A stretch of 64,000 nt of DNA from Eledone cirrhosa (GCA_964016885.1 OZ024742.1:229276001-229340000), one strand, 5' to 3'. Positions 12,228 through 24,320 are shown, counted from the first letter of the stretch. The notes: generated by a model from the letters alone, not told the origin. Program-made: numbers and translations.

Positions 12228-15200
12228 ATGGAGACTAGAACGTCATGTGACAGACTCTCACCCAACAGGTGCCCCCTGGCTCAGCAGCAGGAACCTGACT
12301 GTCAACCAAATACTGCTGATGTTGGAGGAAGAAGAAGAAGGAAAGGGGCCAGAACCAACTGGACGAAAGAATTGAATAGAACTGTTATGCAATGCTACCT
12401 GAAAAGTAACCCCAAGGAGAGGGGCTACAGGAGACGGATGCATAACATCTGGAACGAGATTGGTTTATTTAAATTAGATGAACAAAAATTGGCCGGGCAG
12501 GCTCGGGTAATAAGAACTAATGGGTGGATAAGCGAGCTGGAACTGGAGGAACTGAGCAGAGAGAATGGCTTGGAGATGGCGGGTGTAGTATGCCAGACAA
12601 GCGAGCCGGCGGGAAATGAAGGTGAGGAGGTCCTGAGAACGGAGGAACCACCCGAAGCAGACAATGATCTGAATACTGAGATAAATAATACCTGGAACAG
12701 AGATACGGCCACTGAGGAGATGAATGCTGACGGGCTAGGACAAGATTCGGTTGACATCCTAAATTTAGTGGTAGATGAGTTGAACAATGATAGTGGGAGA
12801 CCTATGAACCTAAGATTTGTAGACAGGAAAAAGTTAAAAGAAACAACAGCTAAGGTAAACAAAGTCATCCCATACCTTGAGGCGAGGAGTCTTCACCAGT
12901 GCAACAATATCCTCAAAGCAACAGCAAATACGGTGAGGAAACTACTTGGTATAAAAGCGAGAGGAAACAACAGACAAGAAAGAGCAGAGCCGTGGTGGAA
13001 GAAGCGACTGAGTGGGCAAATCGGGGAAATGAGAAATGACATAGGAAAGCTTGAGTCACTACTGAATGGGACACTAAAAAACATAGGCACTAAAAATAGA
13101 CTGGAAATAAAATACAAAACTAGGAGTAAAAAGCTAAATATTATCATAGAGGAATTGAAGCAACGCATTGTAGCAAAGAGTGCCAAAATCAGGCGATACG
13201 AGAACAGAGTCAGTCAGTATAAACAGAACCGCATGTTCGACAACAACCAGAAGATGCTGTTTGGACAGCTTGAGGGGAAAGAAAGAGGCAACGACTTGAT
13301 CCCTGGGGCGGAACAAGCTAAAACATTCTGGAGAGGAATATGGGAGCAGGATGTTAGACACAATGCCCAGGCAGGGTGGATTGAGACAGTACAGAGGGAG
13401 ATCGGTGAGCAGGCACAGCAACAGACTGATTTGAGTATCACAGTTGAAACTCTTAAGGGGCAAGCCAAAAAACTAACCAACTGGAAATCACCAGGCCCAG
13501 ATGGTGTGCAGGGGTATTGGATTAAACATTTAACATCCCTCCACCCGAAGCTGACGGCCATGTTCAATGACTGCTTGGTGTCGGGTGAGGTGCCAGAGTG
13601 GTTGACAAAAGGTACCACAGTTCTGATAATGAAAGACCGAATCAAGGGTAATGATGTTACCAACTATAGACCTATCACATGTCTGCCCGTAATGTGGAAA
13701 CTGTTGACGAGCATTGTGTCTGAGGAAATCTACCATCACCTCCACACAAACAACTTGTTGCCGGACGAACAGAAAGGATGCCGAAAGAAGTCACGTGGTA
13801 CAAAGGACCAGTTGCTTATTGATAAGATGGTAATGGGGAATTGCAGGAAGAGACACACTGATCTTGCCATGGGATGGATAGACTACAGAAAGGCATTTGA
13901 CATGGTGCCTCATTCCTGGATCACCAAAAGCCTGGAGATCTTCAGGGTGGCAGATAACATCCGACAGTTGCTGGGCAGGAGTATGGGGTCCTGGGAGACA
14001 GAGTTGACATCAACTGGAGTATCCTTGGGAAGCGTGAAGATCAAGAGAGGTATCTTCCAGGGAGATAGCCTGTCCCCTCTGTTGTTTGTCCTTGCCCTGA
14101 TGCCCTTGACCATTATGGTGCGAAAAGTGAGAGCAGGATACAAGTTGGGAAGGGGAGAGCTTACCATCAATCACCTTCTCTTCATGGACGATCTTAAGCT
14201 CTTCGGGAAAAGTGAGAAGGAGTTGGATGTGCTTGTTGACACTGTCCGTATTTTCAGCAGTGATATATGTATGCAGTTTGGTATTGGTAAATGTGGAGTC
14301 ATTGTGATGAGGAGGGGTAGGTTGAGCAGAAGTAACGGGATCCAGATACCAACAGGTGAGATGATAAAGGAAATTGACTCTGAGGAAGGATACAAGTATT
14401 TGGGCGTTCTGGAGGCTGATGGCATAAAGAACAAAAAAATGAAGGAATTGTTAAGAACTGAATACATTCGGAGAGTAAGGAGCGTATTGAAGTCACATCT
14501 GAACAGCAGAAATGCCATAAGCGCAGTAAATTCCCGAGCTGTGTCTATTATTAGGTACAGTGCGGGAATTCTGAGATGGAATGTTGCTGAACAAAAAGAA
14601 ATGGATAGGAAGACTAGGAAGCTATTGACTATCTACAACATGTTCCACAAGAGGAGTGATGTCGATAGACTCTACCTAAGGAGATCTGATGGTGGAAGAG
14701 GTCTTATCAGCATAGAGGACTGTGTTCAGATGGAGAAAAACAACCTATACAAATACGTGACCTATAGTAAGGAGCCAATGCTCAGAGCTGTACTGAAGGA
14801 GGGGACAGTAGGCCAGGGGATACCCAAGGAGGAAATAACATCAAGGAGGAAGAGCAGCCTTAAGGGAAAATCCCTTCATAGTACCTTCTTTGAGAAAACT
14901 GAATTTAGAGATCCACAGACATGGAACTGGTTGAGAAGAGGAGACCTCAAAAAGGCTACAGAAGGAATGCTAATGGCTGCGCAGGAGCAGGCCCTCAAAA
15001 CGAAGTGGTTGAAGCACCATATCTACAAGGATGAGGCTAGCCCACTGTGCAGGATCTGTGGAGAAAGAGAGGAGACTGTGGCTCACATTGTGTCCGAGTG
15101 TAAACACCTAGCCCAGACCCACTATAAGGGCTGGAGACACGATGTGATGGGCAGGGTGATCCACTGGCACCTGTGCAAAGTAAACAATCTACCACATTCT

Positions 15201-15620
15201 GAGAAATGGTATGAGCATAGGCCAGAGGCGGTGATGGAGAACAGTCAGGTGAAGGTGCTGTGGGATTTTAGGATACAGACGGACAAAAAACTGGAACACA
15301 ATAGACCTGACCTGCTGGTTGTGGACAAAGAAAAAAGATCGTGCCTGATTGTGGATGTGGCCTGCCCGTTCGACACGAGAGTGCAAGAGAAGGAGAGGGA
15401 GAAAATTAACCGATACCAGGACCTAAAGTGGGAGGTGAAAAGGATTTGGAACTGCCATGAAGTCAAAGTGATCCCGATTGTCATAGGCGCACTGGGGACT
15501 ATCTCCAAAGGTTTCCAGGGATGGTTAAAGAAAATCGGCCCCTTCACGCTTTTTGGAACGCTTCAAAAGGCATGCTTGCTTGGAACGGCAAGAACCCTCC
15601 GATACGTCCTGAATATCTGA
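12228..15620 (+). CDS. Reverse transcriptase / restriction-like endonuclease polyprotein (R4/Dong clade), 1130 aa
   Basis: Uninterrupted ORF: Myb-like WTKELN..., KSPGPDG, NYRPITCL, QGDSLSP, LFMDD, KYLG, CCHC knuckle, RHD, PD..D...EK..Y. Confidence 0.96.
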   Translation: METRTSCDRLSPNRCPLAQQQEPDCQPNTADVGGRRRRKGARTNWTKELNRTVMQCYLKSNPKERGYRRRMHNIWNEIGLFKLDEQKLAGQARVIRTNGWISELELEELSRENGLEMAGVVCQTSEPAGNEGEEVLRTEEPPEADNDLNTEINNTWNRDTATEEMNADGLGQDSVDILNLVVDELNNDSGRPMNLRFVDRKKLKETTAKVNKVIPYLEARSLHQCNNILKATANTVRKLLGIKARGNNRQERAEPWWKKRLSGQIGEMRNDIGKLESLLNGTLKNIGTKNRLEIKYKTRSKKLNIIIEELKQRIVAKSAKIRRYENRVSQYKQNRMFDNNQKMLFGQLEGKERGNDLIPGAEQAKTFWRGIWEQDVRHNAQAGWIETVQREIGEQAQQQTDLSITVETLKGQAKKLTNWKSPGPDGVQGYWIKHLTSLHPKLTAMFNDCLVSGEVPEWLTKGTTVLIMKDRIKGNDVTNYRPITCLPVMWKLLTSIVSEEIYHHLHTNNLLPDEQKGCRKKSRGTKDQLLIDKMVMGNCRKRHTDLAMGWIDYRKAFDMVPHSWITKSLEIFRVADNIRQLLGRSMGSWETELTSTGVSLGSVKIKRGIFQGDSLSPLLFVLALMPLTIMVRKVRAGYKLGRGELTINHLLFMDDLKLFGKSEKELDVLVDTVRIFSSDICMQFGIGKCGVIVMRRGRLSRSNGIQIPTGEMIKEIDSEEGYKYLGVLEADGIKNKKMKELLRTEYIRRVRSVLKSHLNSRNAISAVNSRAVSIIRYSAGILRWNVAEQKEMDRKTRKLLTIYNMFHKRSDVDRLYLRRSDGGRGLISIEDCVQMEKNNLYKYVTYSKEPMLRAVLKEGTVGQGIPKEEITSRRKSSLKGKSLHSTFFEKTEFRDPQTWNWLRRGDLKKATEGMLMAAQEQALKTKWLKHHIYKDEASPLCRICGEREETVAHIVSECKHLAQTHYKGWRHDVMGRVIHWHLCKVNNLPHSEKWYEHRPEAVMENSQVKVLWDFRIQTDKKLEHNRPDLLVVDKEKRSCLIVDVACPFDTRVQEKEREKINRYQDLKWEVKRIWNCHEVKVIPIVIGALGTISKGFQGWLKKIGPFTLFGTLQKACLLGTARTLRYVLNI

Positions 15621-15971
15621 GGCTGCAGGTAGTGGCTTGATATTCAATCCAACGGACTTTCCAGTTAACCTACATCAATGACTGAGATTCAAGGAATAAC
15701 AATAACAATAATAATAATAATGATTTCTTTATTAACCACAAGGGTTTACATAAAGTAGACATTAAGGAGAGTGCAGGACAATACAGGACGGTACAAATGG
15801 GCATTTCTGCGTGTAAAAAACAAAAACAGAGGATGTAACAAAAAATAACAATGAAAAATTCCCCAATAGGGGGGAGACTTCGGAGGGACATTTGTGGAGA
15901 AAGCCCAGTAAAAGGCCACAATGACCCTGACCACCAAGGTAAGTGCCCTCTCCCAGTTTTCCACCTTTAAT

Positions 15972-18900
15972 TTACAGATATATACTCAGAGTAGGCCCAT
16001 TCACTCGGGCCATTCTTGCTTCTCTCACCCATCTTCCCTCTCTACTCTGATTTTCCTTTTCAAAAGAAATTTGAAAAAGTCAATCAGAGCATCACCGAAG
16101 AGGTAAGTGCTCGTCTTCAGCCCTTACAAACGTGTCCACCATACTATCTCTTTCGCCATGGCCACCAGACAGATAAAAACTGCCTGCCCTTCCCGGCTAA
16201 AGGAGGAGGGCGAGGCAATCCTCACGATGGACTCAGATGATAGCCGGATCCGTCCTAAACGCGACAGCAGGTGTTCGACATAAACCCACAAGTCAGCAAT
16301 TTTCGGACACTGGAAGAGTGCGTGCAGGACGGTTTCGTCGCCCTGCGCGCATCTCGGACATGCCCGGCTGACGGCACCTCCATGCCTGTAGAGTTTATCC
16401 CGAACTGGCAAGGCTCCTCGGTAGCACTGCCAGGCCAGAGATTTCTGGAAGTTGTCCATAGGCCCTGGCACGAAAATTCTTCCGAAGAGATTGGCTAGTT
16501 GATTTTCGTCGACGCCTAGAGTTTCTCCAAGTACGTCGTCGCTCTTCCCCTCCACTAATCCTCTATAGAACGCCGAGGTGTAGTTTTCACCGATCACATT
16601 GCCCGATTGGTCGAGGGCTGTGAGCGCCTGAAGACATTCCAGTCTCCAGGCGCTCCCTCTCGGTCTTCGCTTGACCCAGGACTGCAGCTCCGTCAAGGAA
16701 ACGAGCTGGGGAAATACGTGTCTAGTAAACGGCGACCACACCTGATCACCGTCGAGGAAGAGGTGGAGATGTCGTAGCCTGAGCGCGTGCCTGCGCATCA
16801 TCAGCCACGGCATGCCCAGCCCTCCACGTAGCGGGTGTTGACAACAGATGGACCACCTGACCATCGGAGCGCGTCCCTTCCACAAAAAGCGAATAGCAAA
16901 CGCTCCAGCGCAGTCAGGCGAGGCTTAGGACAAGGTACGACGGTCAGGCGGTAGCAGATGACAGACGCGATGTACGCGTTAGCCACCTCCGCTCGACCTT
17001 TCAGGGATAGCTTCCTCTCCGCCCATTTCTGGGTGAGAGAAGCCACCCTGCTCGTCACCTCGTCCCAGTTTTTGTCCGTCTGGAGGTCCGGACCGAACCA
17101 GACCCCTAGCAATTTAACCGGTCCGTCCGTCCAGCGTCCGACGACGCTGTTGGACGGCATGGACCTGCCTCTCCAGGTGCCGAGCTGCAGGCCCACTGAC
17201 TTTTCCTGGTTGATCATTGCTCCTGTCACCGCTTCGTATTCTCTTAGTGTAGTGCCGATCGCCTCGATGTGTTTGGCGTTCGACACCACTACGGTGAGAT
17301 CGTCCGCATATGCTGACACGGATCTTCCACATCCTAGTTCGCGCGGGACGCCCCTCAACGTCTCTAGTTTGTGCAGTAATGGCTCGAGAGTCAATACGTA
17401 CAAGAGGGACGAGAGGGGACATCCTTGGCGGACTGAGCGCATGATGTTGAACGGTTCCGACAGGTGACCGTTCACTCTCACCACAGAGCAGATGTCGCTG
17501 TGCATGGCAGCGATCCAGCCTCTGAAGACGGGCCCAAAGCCAGCCGCCCTCAGGACTGCCGCTAGGTTACGATGGTCGACCCTATCGAAAGCTTTCGACT
17601 GATCTAAATTGATCAAGGACCGACCCGTGCCAGGTTCCCTAGCTACTCTCTCTACGATGTATCGCATGAGGTGGAGGTTGTCGTGGATGGATCTGTCGGG
17701 AATGGCGCATGTCTGCGCCTCTCCCACCAGACCACCAACGACAAGCGCCAACCTCTTTGCTAGCACCTTGGCCAAAATCTTGAACTCTGTGTTTAGCAGA
17801 GTTATGGGCCTGAAATTATCTATGTTTCCTCCTTGTTCGGATCCTTTCTCAGCAGTGCCACCGCTCCTCGGCTCACAGAGCTGGGAATTCTCCCGTTCTG
17901 TTGCCAGTTGCAGTAGACGTCCGCCAAGAGGCCTCCGAACAAGTCTGGCATCTGTACGTAAAGTTCTTAGGGCAGACTATCCAAACCAGGTGATTTACCA
18001 CTTGTGCAGCCAGTCATTGCCTCCCGTACTTCAGCGGCTGTTATCGGCTTTTCGCAACACTCCGCCTCAGTGGCCGAGAGCCGCGGCAGTCCGTCGAGGT
18101 AGACACTAAAGTCCATCCCTCGACCCGGCTCACCGCTGCCCCCGAACAGCTGAGCGAGTGTCGCTGAAAAGCTTCACACATTTTCCCGGGATCGAGTAGC
18201 ATGCGCCCGTCGTGGTCCACCAAAGACCGGATTGTGGCTTTGTTGCCACGACGCGCCTCCGCCACTCGGGCCCATTGAACGGCTTTCGTCCCCTCGTGTC
18301 TGAGAGCACGCACCCTTGCTCTGACAACGCAGCCTTTGTGCTTTGCATGAAGAATTGGTCAAGGGCCAATTTCGCTGAAAGCACGTCGGTCGCAATGCCT
18401 TTGCTAAGCGCCTCGTCTAATTTTCTAACTAGTTCTCCCTCTGCTCTATTTTTCTCTATTGCTAAAGCCTTACTAAACCTAATGGATTCTATTCTAATCG
18501 CTCTTTTCAGAGCAAACCACCACTTGTTGTTGACGATGGCCCCCGTCAACGCCCGCTTAACTAGTTCGCTAATCCGGTCTCTGTAGGCCTTGCGCGCTGG
18601 TAAGGACGCGTTTAGCTTCCAGTAGCCGGGTCCTCGTCTATGAAGCCTATCTAAGTCAAGCACACAGATCACGAATTTGTGGTCCGTGTAGCTGACTATC
18701 TTGAATTGTGGACAGCCTATGCTAGACCTATCTATTTCCCTACAAAATACTCTATCTAGATATGATCTGGATGACCCTATGCGATTTGTCCAAGTCCAGA
18801 TTGGCACATTCGGGAAATCCAATCGGTACCTGTCAGGCAGTTCAAAACGCCTGAGCAGGTTGGTGAGGCTCTTGCACCCTCCACCCCTATCCGCTAATCC

Positions 18901-19326
18901 CACACAGTCCCAGCGTGCATCTAAGATCCCGTTCCAAGAAAGGTCTCCAGACGCCGGAAGAAATCAGGCCGCCCTGCTCCTGTCGGGGCATAGACGGCCA
19001 CTAGCCTGAAAGCTTGCCCGTCTCCGCTGGTCACGTCCAGCACCACCAGCTTACCCTCTGGGTCCAGGAAGATGGCCCGTATGGCGAGATCCAAACCTCT
19101 CCGAAAAAGCACAGCAACTCCATCCCCCCGATCCAGGACGGCTGGGAGATGCGTACACATCGTAGCCGCCGAAGATCGGTGCGAAGGCCCGTGCTTCGGA
19201 GATTCTGGTCTCGCTGATGGCCACAACATCTATGTTTAGTGACCTGAGGTCGTTGTGCAGGTGACCCTGCTTCCATGACGACCCCAAGCCACGCGCATTT
19301 ATGCTGCCTATTCTGAGTGAGGTCAT
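15972..19326 (-). pseudogene. Tx1-B ORF2 (APE endonuclease + RT + CCHC), frameshifted
   Basis: Pieces carry SINARGL, TDH, DQSKAFDRV, VRQGCPLS, AYADD and CPRC..ETVLHALFQC; several indels. Confidence 0.93.
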
Positions 19327-19465
19327 GTTTAAAATAGAGTGGAAAAGATGGGAAAGACCACTTACCGTACTTTTCGTAGAGGAGGGATGGTTTTTACATC
19401 CCTTTTCACTTGATCGTCTGGTGAAGGGACCGTTGAATCGTCCCTTCGGCTGGTCGTCGGCTCTT

Positions 19466-21457
19466 CTATGAGTATGTCCGAATATACTCTTCGATTGTAG
19501 TTCCTTCTAGGTCCCTGAAATCACCAACTGCGTTGGGGAATTTCGTTTTAATGTTTGTGTATTGTTTCTGTGCTATTTTTAGCAGTCTTATGTTAGTTGG
19601 CGTTTTGATTGGTGCTGGTATTATGTAGTCGTGTTGTGAAATGTCTGTGTGTTCAATTATGTAAGTCATTAGTTTCTTGTTGTGTGTATTTATTGCCGTG
19701 CATTCGTTTTTCTGGGGGTGGGGTGTGGTTCTGCTATTTTCTTGTCGTTGTTGCTGGGTGTGTGTGTTTTGTTGTTGTGTTTGCGATGTTGGTGCTTGTG
19801 GTGGTGGTGTTGAAGGTGTTGTTGGCGGTGGGGTTTTCGCCGGTGGTGATGGTGGTGCTAGTGTGGGTGGTGATGGTGTTGGTGGTGTTGCTGCTGTGAG
19901 TCTCTTTGCAGTAGACTTTACCCTTTTCTCATTTCTTTCCTCCCTTTTCAAAGGCGACGATGCGCTGCTTCTGCGTTTGTGCCTTCTTACGACCTTTTGC
20001 CATCCCTCTCCCACCTCATACTCCATGTCTGATTCTGTGAGGTCGGGGAGGCGTACCAGACCCACTCTTTCACTTGTTGTTGTTGGTGATGTTTGCACTG
20101 GAGTCTCTGTTGCAGCTGCATTTGGTATTGCTGTTGTTGTTGTTAATATTTCCACTGCTGCTGCTGTTTTTGATTTCCGTGGCGTGGGTGCCACGGACCT
20201 ATCGTTCCTGGTTGCCGCTTGTCCTGTTGCTGGTAGCCGTGGAGCCGGTTTCGGAAGGAGGGGGGTTTTCTCCTTTCTCCGGGTCTTCTCGTTGCAGAAG
20301 GCCCTGAGGTGAGTCTTCGATCCACAGCGAAAGCATTTCGGGCGTTTGCCCTCAACACTTATGGGCAGTTGAGTGCCGTTATCGAAGTCTATCACATCCG
20401 GGATAGCTTCGATGCACTCCTGGTTGGTTTGGATTAACATCTCAATGGAGGTGGCGACCCAATCTTCTCTTACTTTTTTCTGTACTTGCAGTACAGTTGT
20501 TTTGTCCTCGATTCCGACGAGGACAGACGCGGCCAGCCAAGAAGGGGCCATCCCGGGGGGGACGTGGGTCAGTTTGACCCTCACAATTTTTTGCCCGCAG
20601 TAGGAGGGCACCAACGCCATTTCCTCGCTCCTTAGGGTCACTACGGATTGAGCCTTTGCCTCCTGGGGTGTGGCAAAAAGTATGTCTACTGTGGCATATT
20701 TTTTGCCTCGGGTGATGTGCGTTTTCCGCTGCCACACAGACCCCAAGGCTTTTTGTATTTGAGCCTCTGTGGCTCTTTCAACCCTACGGGATTTTGTACT
20801 TACTGTACGGTACGTGACCGTACAGTGCTGTTGGGTTTCGAAAAAATTTTCCGCTACCTTGCAGATTGCTCGGTGTCCAGTCTTTGTCACCATCTTCTTC
20901 GCTTCCTCTAATTCCTCATTTGTTATGAGGATTGTTTCCCGGTTCTTCGCGATACCTGCAAACGAGATTGGTTTTTCTTTGCTGCTGTTGTTGTTGTTGT
21001 CGTCATAGCTGCTGTTACTTTTGTTGTTGCTGCAGGTACTACGACTACTGCCTCCGCCGCTGTTGCTGTGGTTGTTGTTGGTGTTGCTGCTGCTAATGCT
21101 GTTGTTGTTTATGCTGCTGGTGATGCTGTTGCGGCTGCTACTGTTGTTTTCATTGTCACTGTTGCTGTTGTTATTACGGCTGCTACTGCTATTATTCCTG
21201 ACGTCAGACGAATGAAATGGGTTTTCGTATTTCCCGCACACCTGTTTCATCGTTGTCGTCGTCGTCGTGGAGAAATCTTGCACGCTTTGCACGAGACTTT
21301 TCTTTTCTGTCGTCGCTTGCGAAAGAGAAGGGAGGGAGAGAGACACATTTAAAGAAGGGAGGGAGAGAGACCATCTTCTCTCTGCTGAAGTGATGATTGA
21401 GGAAGAAGAAGAAGGAATGAGTGGGAGTGACCTATGAAAATTCTTTTTCGTAGCCAT
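19466..21457 (-). CDS. Tx1-B ORF1, gag-like nucleic-acid-binding protein
   Basis: Open from ATG at 21457; Asn/Ser-rich N-terminus, central domain shared with A, knuckle CFRCGSKTHLRAFC, Pro/Thr-rich tail. Confidence 0.88.
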   Translation of the reverse strand: MATKKNFHRSLPLIPSSSSSIITSAERRWSLSLPSLNVSLSLPSLSQATTEKKSLVQSVQDFSTTTTTTMKQVCGKYENPFHSSDVRNNSSSSRNNNSNSDNENNSSSRNSITSSINNNSISSSNTNNNHSNSGGGSSRSTCSNNKSNSSYDDNNNNSSKEKPISFAGIAKNRETILITNEELEEAKKMVTKTGHRAICKVAENFFETQQHCTVTYRTVSTKSRRVERATEAQIQKALGSVWQRKTHITRGKKYATVDILFATPQEAKAQSVVTLRSEEMALVPSYCGQKIVRVKLTHVPPGMAPSWLAASVLVGIEDKTTVLQVQKKVREDWVATSIEMLIQTNQECIEAIPDVIDFDNGTQLPISVEGKRPKCFRCGSKTHLRAFCNEKTRRKEKTPLLPKPAPRLPATGQAATRNDRSVAPTPRKSKTAAAVEILTTTTAIPNAAATETPVQTSPTTTSERVGLVRLPDLTESDMEYEVGEGWQKVVRRHKRRSSASSPLKREERNEKRVKSTAKRLTAATPPTPSPPTLAPPSPPAKTPPPTTPSTPPPQAPTSQTQQQNTHTQQQRQENSRTTPHPQKNECTAINTHNKKLMTYIIEHTDISQHDYIIPAPIKTPTNIRLLKIAQKQYTNIKTKFPNAVGDFRDLEGTTIEEYIRTYS

Positions 21458-21675
21458 GTTGTTTTTTTTTTGTTTAAAATAAATATTGGGCACAAAACCC
21501 CAATAAGCAGTTATTTAACCCCGAAGGGCCAAATAACGGGCAGAAAGACCCCTCTCACGAGGAGGAGGGTGTTTTTGTCGTCAAGTTCGTTAAAGTTTTA
21601 AACAATTTACAATTGTTATAGCGTTCAAAATTTACAATACCTTACAGAGCCGAGCCTCCGTCAACCATAGCATTC

Positions 21676-21775
<100 letters not shown>

Positions 21776-22089
21776 CCACACTCATCGGGATTCTCTATAT
21801 TTTTCATAAAATTTCGATTAGCTTAACATATAAGTATTGTCTCCCAAGTTTGTTGTTTTTCAGCTATTAAACATCCTGAAGTGCGCTTTTGGTTTGAAAT
21901 GAATATCTTTTTTAATAGAAAATTCTCAACTCACCACATTACATATGAGAGAAGCTACATACTGTATACTCCAGGATTTCCTTTCGTTCTCTTCCCACAC
22001 ATTCTTTGTTTGTTTGTTTGTTTCTTACTTTCTCTCTTCACTCCATAACGCTGCTTCCAACAAAATTAACAACAACCGCAATGTCAGCG

Positions 22090-22225
22090 CCTGTCCTTAC
22101 AGTATTGAGTTCAAATCCCGCCGAGGTTAATTTTGCCTTTCATCCATACGGGGCCGATAAAATAAAGTACCAGTAACGTACTGGGTTTTTACTGGCCTTG
22201 TGCCAAAAGTAGAAACAATTATCAT
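22090..22225 (+). mobile_element. SINE family 1, partial
   Basis: gagttcaaatcccgccgagg...gcctttcatcc...ggccttgtgcc. Confidence 0.8.
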
Positions 22226-22227
22226 AA

Positions 22228-22293
<66 letters not shown>

Positions 22294-22337
22294 AAGAACA
22301 ACAACAGCCACAATGTCGGTATCTGCCTTACAGTATA

Positions 22338-22398
<61 letters not shown>

Positions 22399-22699
22399 TA
22401 ACAGCAACCACCACAGCAACAATATTAACAATAATATACATGCAGTATACGTACATAATCATTATCAAAAGAAATAAATATTGTTGTTATTTTATGGGTA
22501 GAAAAACCATTTGCTTTATCGTAAAAACCACATATCGAAAAAAAGTCTGATGCAGTACATGAAAAATAAAACCACATAATGCTACATGAACGTCAAGAGG
22601 ACGGAGGTGTTTGAGCTGATCATATGAAAGTATCAAAGAAATAACAATACAACCACAACAGCAACAACAACAACAACAACAACAGCAACAAGAGCATTC

Positions 22700-23495
22700 A
22701 TAATGGTTTCTTATATAGGGACAAGGCCAGCAATTTTGGGGGAAGGGAAAATCGATTAAATCGACTCCAGTGCGTGACTGGTACTTTATTTTATCGACCC
22801 CGTAAGGATGAAAGACAAAGCTAACCTCGGCGGGATTTGAACTCAGACTGTAAACGACCATGACTCTAGGCCGCGAAGCATAGAATAATAATAATAATAA
22901 TAATTGTTTCTACTTTAGGCACAAGGCCAGCAAATACCCAGTGCATTACTGGTACTTTATTTTATCGACCTCCTAAGGATGAAAGGCAAAGTCAACCTCG
23001 GCGGGATTTGAACTCAGACCGTAAAGGGACGTAACTATGCTGGAAAGCATGGCGTCCGACTCTCTACTGATACTGCCAATCCACCATTAATAATAATAAT
23101 AATAATAATAATTGTTTCTACTTCGGGCACAAGGCCAGCAATTTGAAAGGCAGGGGAAAGTCGGTGGAATCAGCCCCAGTGGATAACGGGTACACTATTT
23201 TATCGACCCCGTAAAGATGGAATGCAAAGCTAACCTCAGTGGGAAGTAAAGGGCCATAACTCTATGCTGCAAAGCATGGTGATAGACTCTCTACCGATAC
23301 TGCCAATCCACCGCCCTAACAACAGCAATAATAATAATTGTTTCTACTTTGGGCACAAGGCTAGAAACATTTGGGAATGGGAAAATCGATTTAATTGCAT
23401 TACTGGTGCTTTATTTATCGACCCCTGAAAGGCAAAACTAACTTCGGCGGGTTTTGAACTTTGATCGTAAGGGATTGTGACTCTATGTTGCGACC
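22700..23495 (-). mobile_element. Four head-to-tail SINE family 1 copies with (AAT)n spacers
   Basis: Copies at ~22700-22885, 22903-23087, 23111-23318, 23337-23495. Confidence 0.88.
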
Positions 23496-23499
23496 TTAT

Positions 23500-24320
23500 G
23501 TCCGAACTTGACGATGGCGTGGATCGATTACTTCAAAGCTTATGACATGATTCCGCACTCTTGGATTATGGAATGCTTTAACTTATTTAGTATTGCATCA
23601 ATTGTTGATAGATTCTTAAGGATAAGTATGAAAGAGTGGACGACTGAACTGACAGCATATGGAAGATATTTAGGAACAATAGAAATCAAGAGTGGTGTGT
23701 TCCACTGATGTTTATTCTATGCATGATATTACTGGCAAGGGTTTTGGGAAAAGATAAGGCTGGGTATGAATTCAAAGATTGCCAGCAAAATGTCAACCCT
23801 TATTATTTATGGACGACCTCAAGCTTTATGGTATGAATGAATCCCAACTTGGTTCCCTCGTTTATACGGTATATACATTTAGTCCTGACATCAGAATGGA
23901 CTTCGGATTAAAAATGTGTGGTGCATTAATCTTGAACAGAGGCAAAATTCAAAGCATTGAGAGGTTAGTGCTGCAATCAGGAAAGGTTATGAAGCAAATA
24001 GAAGAAGGTTATAAGTATTTATGGATATTTGGAGTTAATAAGATAATTGTTTCTACTTTAGGCACAAGGCCAGCAATTAACCAGTGCATTACTGGTACTT
24101 TATTTTATCGACCCCGTAAGGATGAAAGGCAAAGTCAACCTCGGCGGGATTTGAACTCAGATCGTGAAGTTAATAAGATAATGCAGGATGAAATGAAAGA
24201 AAAATTTAGGGTGGAATACATGCTCAGATTGAGACTTATTCTCAAGTCGAAACTGAATAGACGGAATACGGCGGTGGCTATCAATACGTGGGTGGTGTCA
24301 CTCCTTAGATATGGACAATC
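23500..24320 (+). pseudogene. Old R4/Dong-like RT fragment interrupted by a SINE
   Basis: AWIDYFKAYDMIPHSWI, LLFMDDLKLYG, YKYL motifs collinear with the 12228 ORF; stops and frameshifts. Confidence 0.85.
24047..24167 (-). mobile_element. 5'-truncated SINE family 1 with 15-bp TSD
   Basis: agttaataagataat at 24033-24047 and 24168-24182. Confidence 0.88.

Larger units (their letters stand above)
10191..15694 (+). mobile_element. Full-length R4/Dong-type RLE retrotransposon
   Basis: Bounded by (AAT)n on both sides; one long ORF and ~75-nt 3' UTR. Treating 10191-12227 as its 5' UTR is inferred from the absence of an internal AAT junction. Confidence 0.88.
15722..21675 (-). mobile_element. Full-length Tx1/L1-type retrotransposon B
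   Basis: ORF1, ORF2 (APE-RT-CCHC) and 3' UTR shared with copy A; (AAT)n at both ends. Confidence 0.93.

Noticed and set aside
12425-14518. Antisense ORFs across the Dong ORF
   Set aside because: Shadow frames with no recognisable motifs.
3771-21675. The two Dong/Tx1 pairs as a segmental duplication or one composite element
   Set aside because: Dong truncation points, spacer lengths and Tx1 ORF1/5' UTRs differ, which favours independent insertions.
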